Numbered from the stretch's first letter, positions 50,897 to 61,565 are shown. The stretch: DNA of 64,000 nt from Candidatus Bathyarchaeota archaeon (GCA_963733095.1 CAVTBV010000012.1:64001-128000); one strand, 5' to 3'. Notes: generated by a model from the letters alone, not told the origin. A program made the numbers and translations.

Positions 50897-52051
50897 TTAT
50901 AATTCTGTCCCGTTCCAAAATATCACTTTGTTGTAATGAACCGTGCTGGATTGCAAACTGTCTTCGTAGACTACGTCAAGATTTGGTCCATACTGCTTTA
51001 GCAAAATCGTCACGTTGCCCCATACGCTAGCTGAAAGGTTGTCTGCGGGCCACAGACCCCAAATTGTGTCGTTTGGCCCTCTAAAACCAAACCCGTAACC
51101 TGCTGGGAGCACATACGCTATTCGGTTTTGAACAAGGTTTTGTGGTTGTGGATTTGTATTTATGTAATTCCAGAATTGCTTCATCGCGTTAAGCTGGTCG
51201 GGTTGCAGAATGTTTTCAGTATAGTTCAGGTTGCTGTCAAAGACCAAGATGAATTTGGCTCCATTTTGGTAAGCATACACCATGTCGTCGTATAGTTGAG
51301 TTGCATTTTCTAAGTAGGGCGCCTGGGTATATGTATCTGTTATCATTACACCCCAGTCCTCATTGCTCATTGTGGCTGCTCCGCGGCACAGCGCAAGCTG
51401 AAGGGGCGTACTCAAGTTATAAGCGAATTCTGCTAAGACCACATCGTAGCCTCCTTGGTAGTCAAATTCATAAAGGGCGTAATCAGATGTCATCAGAGGA
51501 ATAGCATCAAATTTGAAAACTGCCAAGTCCTGGTTAAGGGCAATGACAAACTTGTTAGCGGCGTCGGTGTAGTTGTCTGCTTGCTGCACAAGCATCAAAG
51601 ATATGTTACCATTTTCAACTGAAGATCTGGCGCGGTCTATCTGTGCGCCTCCAGCTTCATCATAGGGAAACAACCCCCAGAAACGGTTTCCCCAAGTTTG
51701 CTTAGCCTGAATTACCCATTGAGTCTGGTTGAAGGCTTCGGGGTTTATATGCCAGAAGGGTGCAAAGGTCAGTCCGCTATTATTGATGTACTGACAAACT
51801 CCGTTAAGCTCAGACATGTTGTAGGTTATTACTGTACTGCCAACAACGATAAAATTAGTGTAGCTGCTAACTTGGTTTACAAGTTCTTCAAAGCTTCGCA
51901 CGTCTGAGAATGCTATGTCAAGTCCGAAATAAACATCTGGAGTGTATTTCGTTGGTTGACTTGCAATGTGGATGCCCGCCACTACCCCAATCAGCAATAT
52001 GACAAGCAAAATTATTAGAAGATATATGTGTAATCTTTTCATCCACATCAC
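50897..52051 (-). CDS. Membrane-anchored secreted protein of unknown function (possible TIM-barrel/glycoside hydrolase-like)
   Basis: N-terminal TM; YDEAGG.QID, TSDYALYEFDY.GGYDVVLAE, WGVMIT, AYQNGAK; many N-x-S/T sequons. Confidence 0.75.
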   Translation of the reverse strand: MMWMKRLHIYLLIILLVILLIGVVAGIHIASQPTKYTPDVYFGLDIAFSDVRSFEELVNQVSSYTNFIVVGSTVITYNMSELNGVCQYINNSGLTFAPFWHINPEAFNQTQWVIQAKQTWGNRFWGLFPYDEAGGAQIDRARSSVENGNISLMLVQQADNYTDAANKFVIALNQDLAVFKFDAIPLMTSDYALYEFDYQGGYDVVLAEFAYNLSTPLQLALCRGAATMSNEDWGVMITDTYTQAPYLENATQLYDDMVYAYQNGAKFILVFDSNLNYTENILQPDQLNAMKQFWNYINTNPQPQNLVQNRIAYVLPAGYGFGFRGPNDTIWGLWPADNLSASVWGNVTILLKQYGPNLDVVYEDSLQSSTVHYNKVIFWNGTEL

Positions 52052-52587
52052 AATTTATGAAGAAAATAATCTTTGACTTCTTTACGCTCACTACCTTTAG
52101 AGCACTCATTTATCCTTAAAATATTTTGTTTTTGAGCACACACTTAAAAAACCAGAAATAGTTCCGTTTGAAGGCTTCAACGAACTTTAGTCCAGAGTCC
52201 AAATTTTTTAGGCTTAAAAAACTGCAAATACCATATGCACTATGTTTATCCAGATATAATTATCCTGACAATTATTAACATAATTCTTAATTATCTTGGA
52301 AGTAAGAAAACAAAAACCCAACAATTATCCACCATTTTGTCACCATAATTTTAAATTATTCCATAATTTTTGTGGTTGTACGTTTGCGCGTGGATTTGAA
52401 AGTGGATAAACCCAAGGTTGATTTGCCAGCCTAAGCATTTTCGATAGTTTGGATGGCTGAAAAAACTCTAATGCCGCTTCCATACTGGTTTGTGCAATGA
52501 ACCATTATTAGGATCCAAATATGAGTGTAGCAAAACTACACATGTCCCAAAAGTTATTATCCTATACCAAACTTTTAGGCTGGTGCC

Positions 52588-53691
52588 ATGATGAGAGAAA
52601 AAGCTAAAGAATGGCTAAAAATTGGCACCTTAACAGACGAATGGATTAAAGCATCCTATGACAGTTCAGACGCTCAAAGTGTTTGGAAATATCATGATCG
52701 AATGAACACTTTTTTGGAATTTGTGGGCTTAACGGATGTAGAGTTTATTGAGGGTTTCAAGCGGTCAAAGGATCGTTTAGAGTGGGCTAAACAGACAGGT
52801 GCCAAAGTCATAGCGTTCTACAATGATCGGGTGCAAAGGGGTTATGCAACCAACACAGTTAGAGCAGAAGTTTCCACGGTTAGAGCCTTCTGCCGAGACA
52901 ATGCCACCACACTGATCATTCAGCGTCGGAAAATAGCTAAAGCCAAAAGCGCAAAGGGAGAACATGAGTTCACACGCGAAGAATTAGCCAAGATGTTCTA
53001 CGTTGGCGATGTCAGAGGCAAAGCAGTCTTAAGCACTGCAGTAAGTTTAGGTTTCAGCGTGGAAGATTTCTCTGAGCTAAAAAGAGAATACATTGAGGGG
53101 TTAGTGAACAAGGCTTTAACGGAAAAGATTGACTTTATCGGGTTCGACTATGAACGGGGAAAAACAGGGGTTGAATCAAGAAGCCACTTGACACCTGAAG
53201 CAGTTAACAGCCTCAAAGCATGGTTTGAATACATTGACACAAAGAGAGCCGAAAAAGGTCTACCTAAAAGTGAGTGGGTTTGGTGCAATGGTAACGGTGG
53301 GCACCTAAACGAGCAGACACTAAACGACATTGTAAAAGACTTGGTGAAGAAAGCCAATATTTCAGTCACAGGAAAGCTAAGGTTTCACTTATTGCGCAAG
53401 TTCTTAATGAGTAGCCTTCATGATGCTGGGTTTGACAGTTGGGAAACGAAAAGAGCGTTAGGCAAAGAAATTCCCACAAGCGATTCTACTTATCTTAGAG
53501 GGTTAAGCCGAAAAGTAACTGAAAAATTCCCTCAAGCTTACTCGTACATTCGGTTAAGTGGGTTCGCTAACCACAATGGAACAAAACTTGAGGAAATGCA
53601 GGCTAAAATCCAACAGTTAGAGATCGCTCAGGAACAGTTGACGCTTCAGAATCAAGCACTTCTCAGGAATGATCGAGTTTGCTATTCCTAA
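52588..53691 (+). CDS. Tyrosine recombinase/integrase (atypical box I; C-terminal frameshift)
   Basis: GYATNTVR core-binding region, FTREEL..M, SLGFSVEDF, RGKTG, RFHLLRKF, LGK.I..SDSTY. Confidence 0.85.
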   Translation: MMREKAKEWLKIGTLTDEWIKASYDSSDAQSVWKYHDRMNTFLEFVGLTDVEFIEGFKRSKDRLEWAKQTGAKVIAFYNDRVQRGYATNTVRAEVSTVRAFCRDNATTLIIQRRKIAKAKSAKGEHEFTREELAKMFYVGDVRGKAVLSTAVSLGFSVEDFSELKREYIEGLVNKALTEKIDFIGFDYERGKTGVESRSHLTPEAVNSLKAWFEYIDTKRAEKGLPKSEWVWCNGNGGHLNEQTLNDIVKDLVKKANISVTGKLRFHLLRKFLMSSLHDAGFDSWETKRALGKEIPTSDSTYLRGLSRKVTEKFPQAYSYIRLSGFANHNGTKLEEMQAKIQQLEIAQEQLTLQNQALLRNDRVCYS

Positions 53692-53866
53692 AGAAACCAT
53701 GAAAAAAGCAATCTATGAAGCAGCCAAAACACTACCCGATATGAACGAAAACAAACTTGAGCAAATACGAGTTAACTTACAATCTACTCAGAATCCATCA
53801 GAAATGCTGAACACCTTGAGAAACATACAAACAATTGGGCAAGTCAGAATAAACGTGCGATCTTAA
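53669..53866 (+). pseudogene. Probable out-of-frame C-terminal tail of the integrase
   Basis: QALLR|MIEFAIPKE.. reads through if one base near 53667 is removed; could instead be a separate small ORF. Confidence 0.45.
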
Positions 53867-53966
53867 GTTTTATTAGTTCTTATAATTGTATTTTTTATTA
53901 GAAATTCAATTCTTATTAAAAACTTAAAAGGTCAACTCTGGATAAAGGATATGGGAAGGAAAACTT

Positions 53967-54518
53967 ATGGTTGACCTCTTAAACGTATCATTAGCAGTAA
54001 TAGCTATTTTTTCAGCTTTATTTGTAGCATTATCCGAAGGCTTTAAAATTACACTCGGCTTTCGAGGTTCTGAAGAAACTCGACAAAGGAAAGAGCGGAT
54101 TGATATCAAACTGCACCGCGAGCTTAATGATGAAATTGAAGATTTCTTGTCAAGTGATGCATGTCGAGGTGGAAGTCCAGATCGCATTATAGGAATTCAA
54201 GATTTAGGTTTCAAGGCAATGCTCGCTGAGGATGCAGCTAATGACTTAATAACTCGCTCAGACAAAAGCATGAAGAATGCAATCAAGAACTTGTTAGCTG
54301 GAACTTTGATATTGTTTGTCACAGTGGCGGTTCTTATTAGTGTGGATTTTACACAACTTGATAATTTAATATTTGCTGGAGTTTATGTTGGCATTACCGC
54401 TTTTCTTTTTTGGAGATTTGCTTCAAGCACAATGAAATCACTTCATTATAGAGAGCAGCTTATCACACTTGACGATGAGCCGACACTACAAAAAGCTGAA
54501 GAAGTTGACCTTGAATAA
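53967..54518 (+). CDS. Hypothetical 3-TM membrane protein
   Basis: 183-aa ORF, one N-terminal and two C-terminal TMs. Confidence 0.7.
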   Translation: MVDLLNVSLAVIAIFSALFVALSEGFKITLGFRGSEETRQRKERIDIKLHRELNDEIEDFLSSDACRGGSPDRIIGIQDLGFKAMLAEDAANDLITRSDKSMKNAIKNLLAGTLILFVTVAVLISVDFTQLDNLIFAGVYVGITAFLFWRFASSTMKSLHYREQLITLDDEPTLQKAEEVDLE

Positions 54519-54751
54519 AGCCGTATATTAGCCCTTCACCCTCTTATCTAAGTTGAGCTTCGAGCTTTTTCGACAAAATTTTGTGGGTTTGAACCCTTGA
54601 GGGTTCATGATAAGCCCATGGTGAAAAGTTAGGATAGTACAACTGAAACTGTATTTTTTCTATTGACATCTTAGTATGTTATCGCGCACAAACAACCCTT
54701 TGCAAGCACGGAAAAGAAAACCAACGAACAAGCCTCAACACCCAAACAAAA

Positions 54752-55248
54752 CCCAAAACAAACCTCTTCGCCCCCGATGGGTCAAAATCTGCGCTCAGGG
54801 AGTCGAAATGGGTACCCATTTTATGTAGTGTCCAATGAACGTTCAGTTTTTTAAAACGGTGCTTTAGTTTAATGTGCCTAACTTGTTACATGAAAATGAC
54901 GTTTACATTCGGGACATTGGTAGGATTTAATGTGAAACACACAGTTTTCGATTTCCTTTTCATGGTTTGTGACTTCACTTCCGCAGCTTGGGCATTTAAC
55001 AATCAAAAAATATTCAGTCATTACGGTTCATCTATGGTAGAATGCAGTTTTGTAATTTGAAGTCTTGTGAGAACATTATGATACAACAACTCCATACAAT
55101 CGAAAAACAAGTGCATCCAATGGAAAAGCGTTCACATGGAATAGCGGAAAAGATCGCACCACATCCAAACAACAAAACTCTACTCCCCTCCGATGGGTTC
55201 AAATACGCGTAAGCAACGTCGAATGGGGTACCCATTTTTCGTGGTGTC
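54752..55248. repeat. Two ~80-bp imperfect direct repeats with a palindromic core
   Basis: CCGATGGGT..AAAT..GCG....GTCGAA(A/T)..GGTACCCATTTT..GT.GTGTC at ~54752-54832 and ~55166-55248. Confidence 0.8.
54878..55021 (-). CDS. 47-aa zinc-ribbon microprotein
   Basis: MTEYFLIVKCPSCGSEVTNHEKEIENCVFHIKSYQCPECKRHFHVTS; two CPxC pairs; not in the ORF track. Confidence 0.7.
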   Translation of the reverse strand: MTEYFLIVKCPSCGSEVTNHEKEIENCVFHIKSYQCPECKRHFHVTS

Positions 55249-55678
55249 GCTATCAGAATTAGGTTTTCTAATTGACAAGATAAATATTGAAAATCCTAAT
55301 GCCCGCGATATTTTCTAAGTGCGAGAGTTGCTGCTCTATCAGGGGGATGATGTCGCCGTCCCAACCTTAGGGCAAAGTAGTTCTTCCGAGGGAAGTTATC
55401 CCTATATTCTTATTGTTGGCGTCTAGATAAAAGCTTTCATATCTTAGCATTCGTGGGCACAACGCATGTACAACTAAATTTTACAAACTGTTCTAGTTTA
55501 CATATACCCAACTTATAGAGGCAGGAAAAATTCGCGAATAATCCATTTAAGTGCAGCAAATCAAGCATTAGAAATTTTGTGAATAAAATGTTTCAATTGT
55601 TACGTCTCATGCTACAAAAATTATAATAATATAATTCATAGTAATATTATGAGCATATAATGTGCTTGAAGGAATAGG

Positions 55679-56770
55679 ATGATTGTAAAACGTAATCTTT
55701 TAAGAATTACGATTGCTATTCTTATTCTCACCAGCTTGTTTTTATCACTTAATATTGACTCGGTTTTAGCTCAAAAAGACAGCAATAATGGTATAACAGT
55801 GACAATTAATACATCAAATGGCGAAATCAAATATGATAAGCCGCTCATAATCCAAGGAGTTGTTTATAATACAACGACATATGAACCAACTAGGGCAACG
55901 ATTGTAATACAAATTTTAAAGGATAATACGGTTTTATACACAGCAACAACCGTTTCCTCATTACCAGACGGCAAGTATCAAGATCAGGGATATTGTGTTT
56001 GTCAAACAGGTACTCTCCAAATTACAGTATTAGCAACTTCACAAGGATATAATGCAAGCGCATCAACAACTGTTGTTTCAGAATATTATAAAACGATTTT
56101 TGACTTATTGATTGTCTATTTGATTCCATTTATACTATTGTCTGCTTCAGTAATCGTCTTCGTAATTGCGATTGTGAGTCAGACGGCTGCTAAAAAGAAT
56201 AAACACGTGAAACAATTGGGGCTTGATTCTGGCAAAGTATTTGTCGCTATTATGTTTGTACTTCTTTCTCTCCTCACAGCTAGCATTGTCGCTTTCTTTC
56301 TTTTTGTTCCTAGTCAAATCGGAGCAAGTAGTCCAATCGGGCTAGTTGTAAACTCTAATGGAAATGAAACTCAATGGGTGGTAAACCTTGGGGGACAGAG
56401 AACTATAGAATCCTCGCAATACCTTGGAGGAATTCAAATCCCAGTATATGTTTTAGTTATGAGTTTTCTCGGCGCTTATGTATTTTTCCTAACAAAAATC
56501 CGAACTCTTTTAGAAATACCCAACGGAAATGACTTGACTAAGCAATCATTGGAGTACTTAGCGCGTTTCTTCATTGCTCCTCTATTAGCAATTGCATTGT
56601 TTCTAGTTCTTTGGCAATTGGAAGTTAGGGGTACTTTCATTTTGGGTGCGGTGAGTTTTGCTACTGGCTTAATAATCGAGCTTGTAACCGACAAAATATT
56701 AGAATTCGCTAAAAACGTAATTGGTGTCAAAGAAACTCCTAAAACTAACATTATTACAAAAAAGCCTTAG
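55679..56770 (+). CDS. Membrane protein with signal peptide, Ig-like ectodomain and ~5 TMs
   Basis: Thr-rich beta segment (DGKY), then hydrophobic helices with IPVYVLVMSFLGAY and RFFIAPLLAI. Confidence 0.75.
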   Translation: MIVKRNLLRITIAILILTSLFLSLNIDSVLAQKDSNNGITVTINTSNGEIKYDKPLIIQGVVYNTTTYEPTRATIVIQILKDNTVLYTATTVSSLPDGKYQDQGYCVCQTGTLQITVLATSQGYNASASTTVVSEYYKTIFDLLIVYLIPFILLSASVIVFVIAIVSQTAAKKNKHVKQLGLDSGKVFVAIMFVLLSLLTASIVAFFLFVPSQIGASSPIGLVVNSNGNETQWVVNLGGQRTIESSQYLGGIQIPVYVLVMSFLGAYVFFLTKIRTLLEIPNGNDLTKQSLEYLARFFIAPLLAIALFLVLWQLEVRGTFILGAVSFATGLIIELVTDKILEFAKNVIGVKETPKTNIITKKP

Positions 56771-57212
56771 GATCCACTTATCTTTCCTAAAGAACAAATA
56801 AAACAAATTTTTGTGCAAAAACAGAGCCCTTGGGTGCGAGGAGGGTGCCCTTTGGGGCGGTATGGTCGACTTTTTATGTTTTCTTTCCTAAGTCTTTTTT
56901 TTCTATGACGGCGGAAAAGGAGATTTAGGGGGTCAAAGGAAGAGTGTATTGTCATTTCATTTATTCCTAAGAGACGGTGGGTGAATTCTACGCTACGGGC
57001 ATAGAAGAGGGCGTCGGGGTCGAGGTTACTCCCTCAGGTCAGCTGAGAGCGTTATTTGGCAAGTGAAACTTTGCTAGTTAAAACTCATTGAAATATTAAA
57101 TAATTAAAATTAGCATATATTATATTTACATAAAAAATTAGAAAAAGTTTTAAATTGAAAGGCTCTGTTAACCATACTTAGATTTCTAATCAATTTTATA
57201 GGAGGTGAAAAA

Positions 57213-57698
57213 TTGACTAAAACTTTTATTCTATGGGTTCATGGAGCATCAGTTATACCCGAATATACAAAGGCATTTACGGGACATGACTACGGATTGT
57301 ACTTGCGCCCAACTGGTTACGGCTCAATAGTAAAACAGAAGGTAGGTACAGACAACTGGTTTCATTTCGCGATTCCTTCTGGAAGTAAACTCTGTGGTAT
57401 TCCTGGTGATGCTCGGGTATCGCTTCAAGAAGCGTTTGTACGATTCAAAATTAACACTGGGGCTGTCATAAAACAAATTACAGTTCACGAAAATGATCAT
57501 CCAAACAGCAGTAGCCCAAGAATTTTTGACTCTGGTTCAATCTCAATTACGGGACAAGATACTGAATATGCCATCCCGATTGTTCCTTATAAAATATGCA
57601 CAGGTCCTATTGTGATATGTGTATATGTCCATTGGGAAGCTGATAACGGCGAAGTTTTGTTCACTGGTGCAGGTGCACGCTTTGAAGCCACCGAATAA
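57213..57698 (+). CDS. DUF6623-like beta-rich protein
   Basis: WVHG, NWFHFAIP and C-terminal GAGA.F pattern; perfect GGAGGTGA SD. Confidence 0.7.
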   Translation: MTKTFILWVHGASVIPEYTKAFTGHDYGLYLRPTGYGSIVKQKVGTDNWFHFAIPSGSKLCGIPGDARVSLQEAFVRFKINTGAVIKQITVHENDHPNSSSPRIFDSGSISITGQDTEYAIPIVPYKICTGPIVICVYVHWEADNGEVLFTGAGARFEATE

Positions 57699-58585
57699 AG
57701 CAAATCAATGGTGGCGGAGTAAAATGGTTAAGGCTTAACGAGATGATTACTCCGTTCACCACCTCATTCTTTTGGTAAGTTAGTGCGCGATTCGGTTATT
57801 TGTATGATAGAAAGGCAAAATAGGCTCAAATTAGCCCTAAAATAGCGATATCGTTGGATGTTAGCTCATGTTTTTGAGTTTAACTTATGGATTCTGGAAA
57901 TATTTTTTTGAGCTAATCTAACCAGTTTTTAGATTCTCCTTGTGTCGATTTATGCAGGAAACTCACTGTTAGCTATTGTAATTCTTAAAATCTCTTCGCT
58001 CAACATTTTTCTTGCTTGACATTTTATTCCATCGCTTGGTATTATCGGTGGGTGATCGTATTCAGTCCAAAAGACTATTTTTAACAGTGTTAGATTTGGG
58101 GCATCCATTATTTTTTCGCATAAACAGCTTTCTGGAAGATTTAGGCGCAGTTTGAGCAGAAATAATGTTTGGATATTAGACCTTTTGAGATTGCACAATC
58201 CTTGCAAAGTGGTTTTAAGCATTTTTCACAGACTTTTGCATGTTCATCACATACTAATTTTTCGCATTCGACTCATACATTAGTTGGAAAATCTTCGCAT
58301 GGTCTATCTAAGAACTTTGTTTTTGAGCATTTCAGTTCATCGAGCACTAATTCTCCTGAATATCCCAAATAATCTCTTTTGAATTGTTTTGGAGAGTTTG
58401 GAAGCTTGTAACTTAAATGGAAAATTGGAACTGCAAAAACACCCAAGGAACCCAGTTCTAAAATATCTTTTTTCTTAAGTGAGAGGTGGTTTGAACGATT
58501 TGAATGAACTGTGGCAAATCTTAAGTGGACTCGTCTCTTATTGCATATATCAAATTGGATTAAACACCGAATAAAGTGATGTTAC

Positions 58586-59624
58586 TTGACTAATTGGTTC
58601 GTAATTTATGACCTTCTAACTTACAATCAATATCGCATTTATGAGGATATGATTCTATGTGAAGCAAAATATTCTCGACGCAATAGTAGTCTTAGAACAA
58701 AACTTGTTGTCCCATGTGAGAAGAAATTTTTTGACATAAAGGAAAATGATAGAGTGGTTTATTATGCTAGAGGCGCTGGAGTGATTGTGGGTATATTTAA
58801 GATTCTTTCAAGCAAAACATTTTTTATAAAAAGCCCAGATGTAGAAAGGTATCTTTTTGCAAAAAAAAATTAGAAAAATCAGAGGTTTAAAAGATGAATA
58901 CTTGAATTTCAAAAAATTAATTTATAATTCAAATTTTAATGGAATAGATGTAAATGAAATGCTTGAAAAGAAAATGTCGTGGAGTATTCTAGATGATAAT
59001 GATTACAGCAAAATAGAACAGGCATATAATAACCGTTCTTACCAAATAAAAATCAAGAATAAGCCAAATGAATTTGGATCTCATGGTTGGATAATTGATC
59101 CAGAGGTTAGCAATGGTATTCTTAGTTACTATAATGGACGAGCCACATCTTTCTCAAGTCTCTTTCTAGCTTCAATCTTTGGATTGCTAACTTTAGCAGC
59201 GATACTGCAATCAGTGTTTAGTCAACCAAATTTTACTCTAATGAATAATTGGGTTGTTTTACTGCTCTCATCATTCCTTTATTTTTTCTTCATCATAGTG
59301 GGTTATTACACCCTAAATACATACTTTCATTATACGGGCATAGCTGATAGAATAAAGAATTTCGCATTAGACATTCCTTATCTAAAGGAACTGGAGAAAG
59401 TGTGGGCTGTTGGTGAAAAAGACAATCGCTACTATGAAACTAATCTTTCACAAGTTATAATGGACAAGGAAAGACATTATAGTAATTCGTTATTGAAAAA
59501 ATATATTCTTAGACATGCTGCATTATTCATTGGAGGATACATAATAGCACTCTTAGCGTTAAGTTTACTAATATATTGGAATCTACTATTACAATTTTGG
59601 AGCATTATTAGTAAATTCATGTGA
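58586..59624 (+). pseudogene. EVE(PUA-like)-domain plus TM protein split by a frameshift in an A9 tract
   Basis: IKENDRVVYY....IVGIFKI in ORF 58586-58873; L.FKKL...LDDNDY.KI plus three TMs in ORF 58857-59624; A9 at 58861-58869. Confidence 0.65.
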
Positions 59625-59891
59625 AAATCAATAATGCTCAATATCTACCTACTTGGTTTTGTTAGGGTCTAATCTTGCAAGGAAACGCTTAATATTGAAA
59701 ATGCTTTACTGAGAGTTGGATTAAAAATTTTTTATGTGGCAATCTTAAGAACAAAGCCAGCATTTAATTATAACCCGTGCTAATAGTTGATGGCGTCAAG
59801 TACAAGCCTTGGACTCATAAAGATGAAGAGAAAGAATTCCATCCATTAGTAAAAGCACACAATCATATGGGCTAACAAAGAGGAATAGAGA

Positions 59892-60101
59892 ATGGTTAAA
59901 GTTTCAAAGGATGGAAAAGGCAAAACTCTCTACATTGAACTGAGCGTATTTCCATGTGGAACAGCAAACACTGCGACAAACCTGACTATTTCATGTCCTG
60001 ATTCGGATACAAGGTTCAAAACTACGCTTTCAGATGAGGGATTAAAAAAGTTTAGAGCTAACATCTTGGATTTTTATAAGAAATATGTTGTCGAAAAGTA
60101 A
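59892..60101 (+). CDS. Small hypothetical protein
   Basis: 69-aa ORF with GAGG SD, first of three tightly packed genes. Confidence 0.6.
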   Translation: MVKVSKDGKGKTLYIELSVFPCGTANTATNLTISCPDSDTRFKTTLSDEGLKKFRANILDFYKKYVVEK

Positions 60102-60110
60102 AGTGACCTT

Positions 60111-60320
60111 ATGAAGACAAAATTGAAAATGAAGTGCAAATCTTGCGGTCACTGGAATAGTGTAGCGGTTGAAAAGGTAATGTTTAATCCAGATAGCCCT
60201 GACCCGAAGGTGCAAGTGTTCTTGCCTTCTTACTTACTGCTTAAAACTGACGTTTGCGCTAAATGCAAAAGCCTAATAGTTGAACCAAAGGAAATCATTA
60301 CAAAAGTGAATGATATTTGA
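60111..60320 (+). CDS. Small zinc-ribbon protein
   Basis: CKSCGHWN and CAKC pairs. Confidence 0.7.
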   Translation: MKTKLKMKCKSCGHWNSVAVEKVMFNPDSPDPKVQVFLPSYLLLKTDVCAKCKSLIVEPKEIITKVNDI

Positions 60321-60603
60321 GTCAGCATCCAGAAAAGGAATCTTTCAAAAAAAGATTAGCTGGTTTTGCACATTTTTTGAATTACAAGATGGCTTGTTGG
60401 AACGGTCATTGTCCAAAGTCAAATGGAAAAAAGGGATTACACAGTATCAAGATGAGGAGATGGTTAACTATTCTCTTTCAAGATGGCTTAAATCAAAAAT
60501 CTCGATGGAAATGATAGAGATATCTCAGATAAATAGGATTCAAGTAATTCCTGAAAAAGAAGACCTAATTTTTGTTATACATTTTGAATTACAGGATATT
60601 TGA
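60310..60603 (+). CDS. Hypothetical protein
   Basis: 97-aa ORF overlapping the previous stop. Confidence 0.5.
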   Translation: MIFESASRKGIFQKKISWFCTFFELQDGLLERSLSKVKWKKGITQYQDEEMVNYSLSRWLKSKISMEMIEISQINRIQVIPEKEDLIFVIHFELQDI

Positions 60604-60665
60604 TTAGTTAGTTCGGCTTAAGCTTTTAAGTGCTAAATAAAAAAAGTGTGAATTATTAAGCATAG

Positions 60666-61355
60666 TCATTTTGTTTTAGGTGGTTCAGACGATACCACGT
60701 TTAGCTCATAAGCCAAGAGTGACAATAACCAATTAGTTCTGTTAATACAATTAACTATCTTATCTTTACTAGGGCTGATAATTTCATGGACTGGCTTATT
60801 CCTTAGGAGAATTGTACCATTCTCAAGATGGATTTTAAAGTGAGCTATATCATTTCTTAAACTACTATCAATAGTTGCTACAAAAAGTTTCAAACCATTA
60901 TTACTAAGAAAATTAAGTTTGGTCTTTAAGGGAGTATAACTCTTTTCTAAATCTTCAATACACATAACGTGATTAATTCTTGGTGTATCACGCATTGACT
61001 CTATATGAAAATCTCGCCCACTAGCTACTACCAGCATGACTAAAATGTCAACGTAGTAGTTCGCTAAGCTCTCAACCAAGCCAAGATAAGTAAACAATTC
61101 ATGTATCTGCTGGGTTAAGGTTGGATTTTCTTCACCTGGAGTATTTGCCTGAAATATTGCTTCCATTAGGTTATGCATTTTTCTATTAGGAACAAAAGAT
61201 TTCTCTAATGTTTCTTTGACCAAGGCAATGTCTGTTTTTGGTGACTTAATGATTTTATCAAGAATTGGTCGCAGTTCATCTGCTATCTTTTTCTGGAATT
61301 CTTGATCTTTCCGTAATTCCTTGTCAATTCCAATATGCGAAGGCATAAGAACCAA
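60666..61355 (-). CDS. Helical protein with a HEPN-like RxxxxH motif
   Basis: LKTKL.FL......F...ID..LRNDIAHF. Confidence 0.6.
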   Translation of the reverse strand: MVLMPSHIGIDKELRKDQEFQKKIADELRPILDKIIKSPKTDIALVKETLEKSFVPNRKMHNLMEAIFQANTPGEENPTLTQQIHELFTYLGLVESLANYYVDILVMLVVASGRDFHIESMRDTPRINHVMCIEDLEKSYTPLKTKLNFLSNNGLKLFVATIDSSLRNDIAHFKIHLENGTILLRNKPVHEIISPSKDKIVNCINRTNWLLSLLAYELNVVSSEPPKTK

Positions 61356-61565
61356 ACCTTTTGTATCTTATCTTGATTATCATGTTTGTTTATTAAACAA
61401 TTTAGTAAAATAATGAAAACACATGAGAAGCCAACTTTCTATCTAAAACAGGTTTACGCCTCAATATCGTTCAAAATACTTTTTCGTTATTCTTAATTAA
61501 AAGGCATTGTTGACATATAGAAAATGTTAAATATAAAAAATACTGAATAAGAATCAGGTGTTGTA

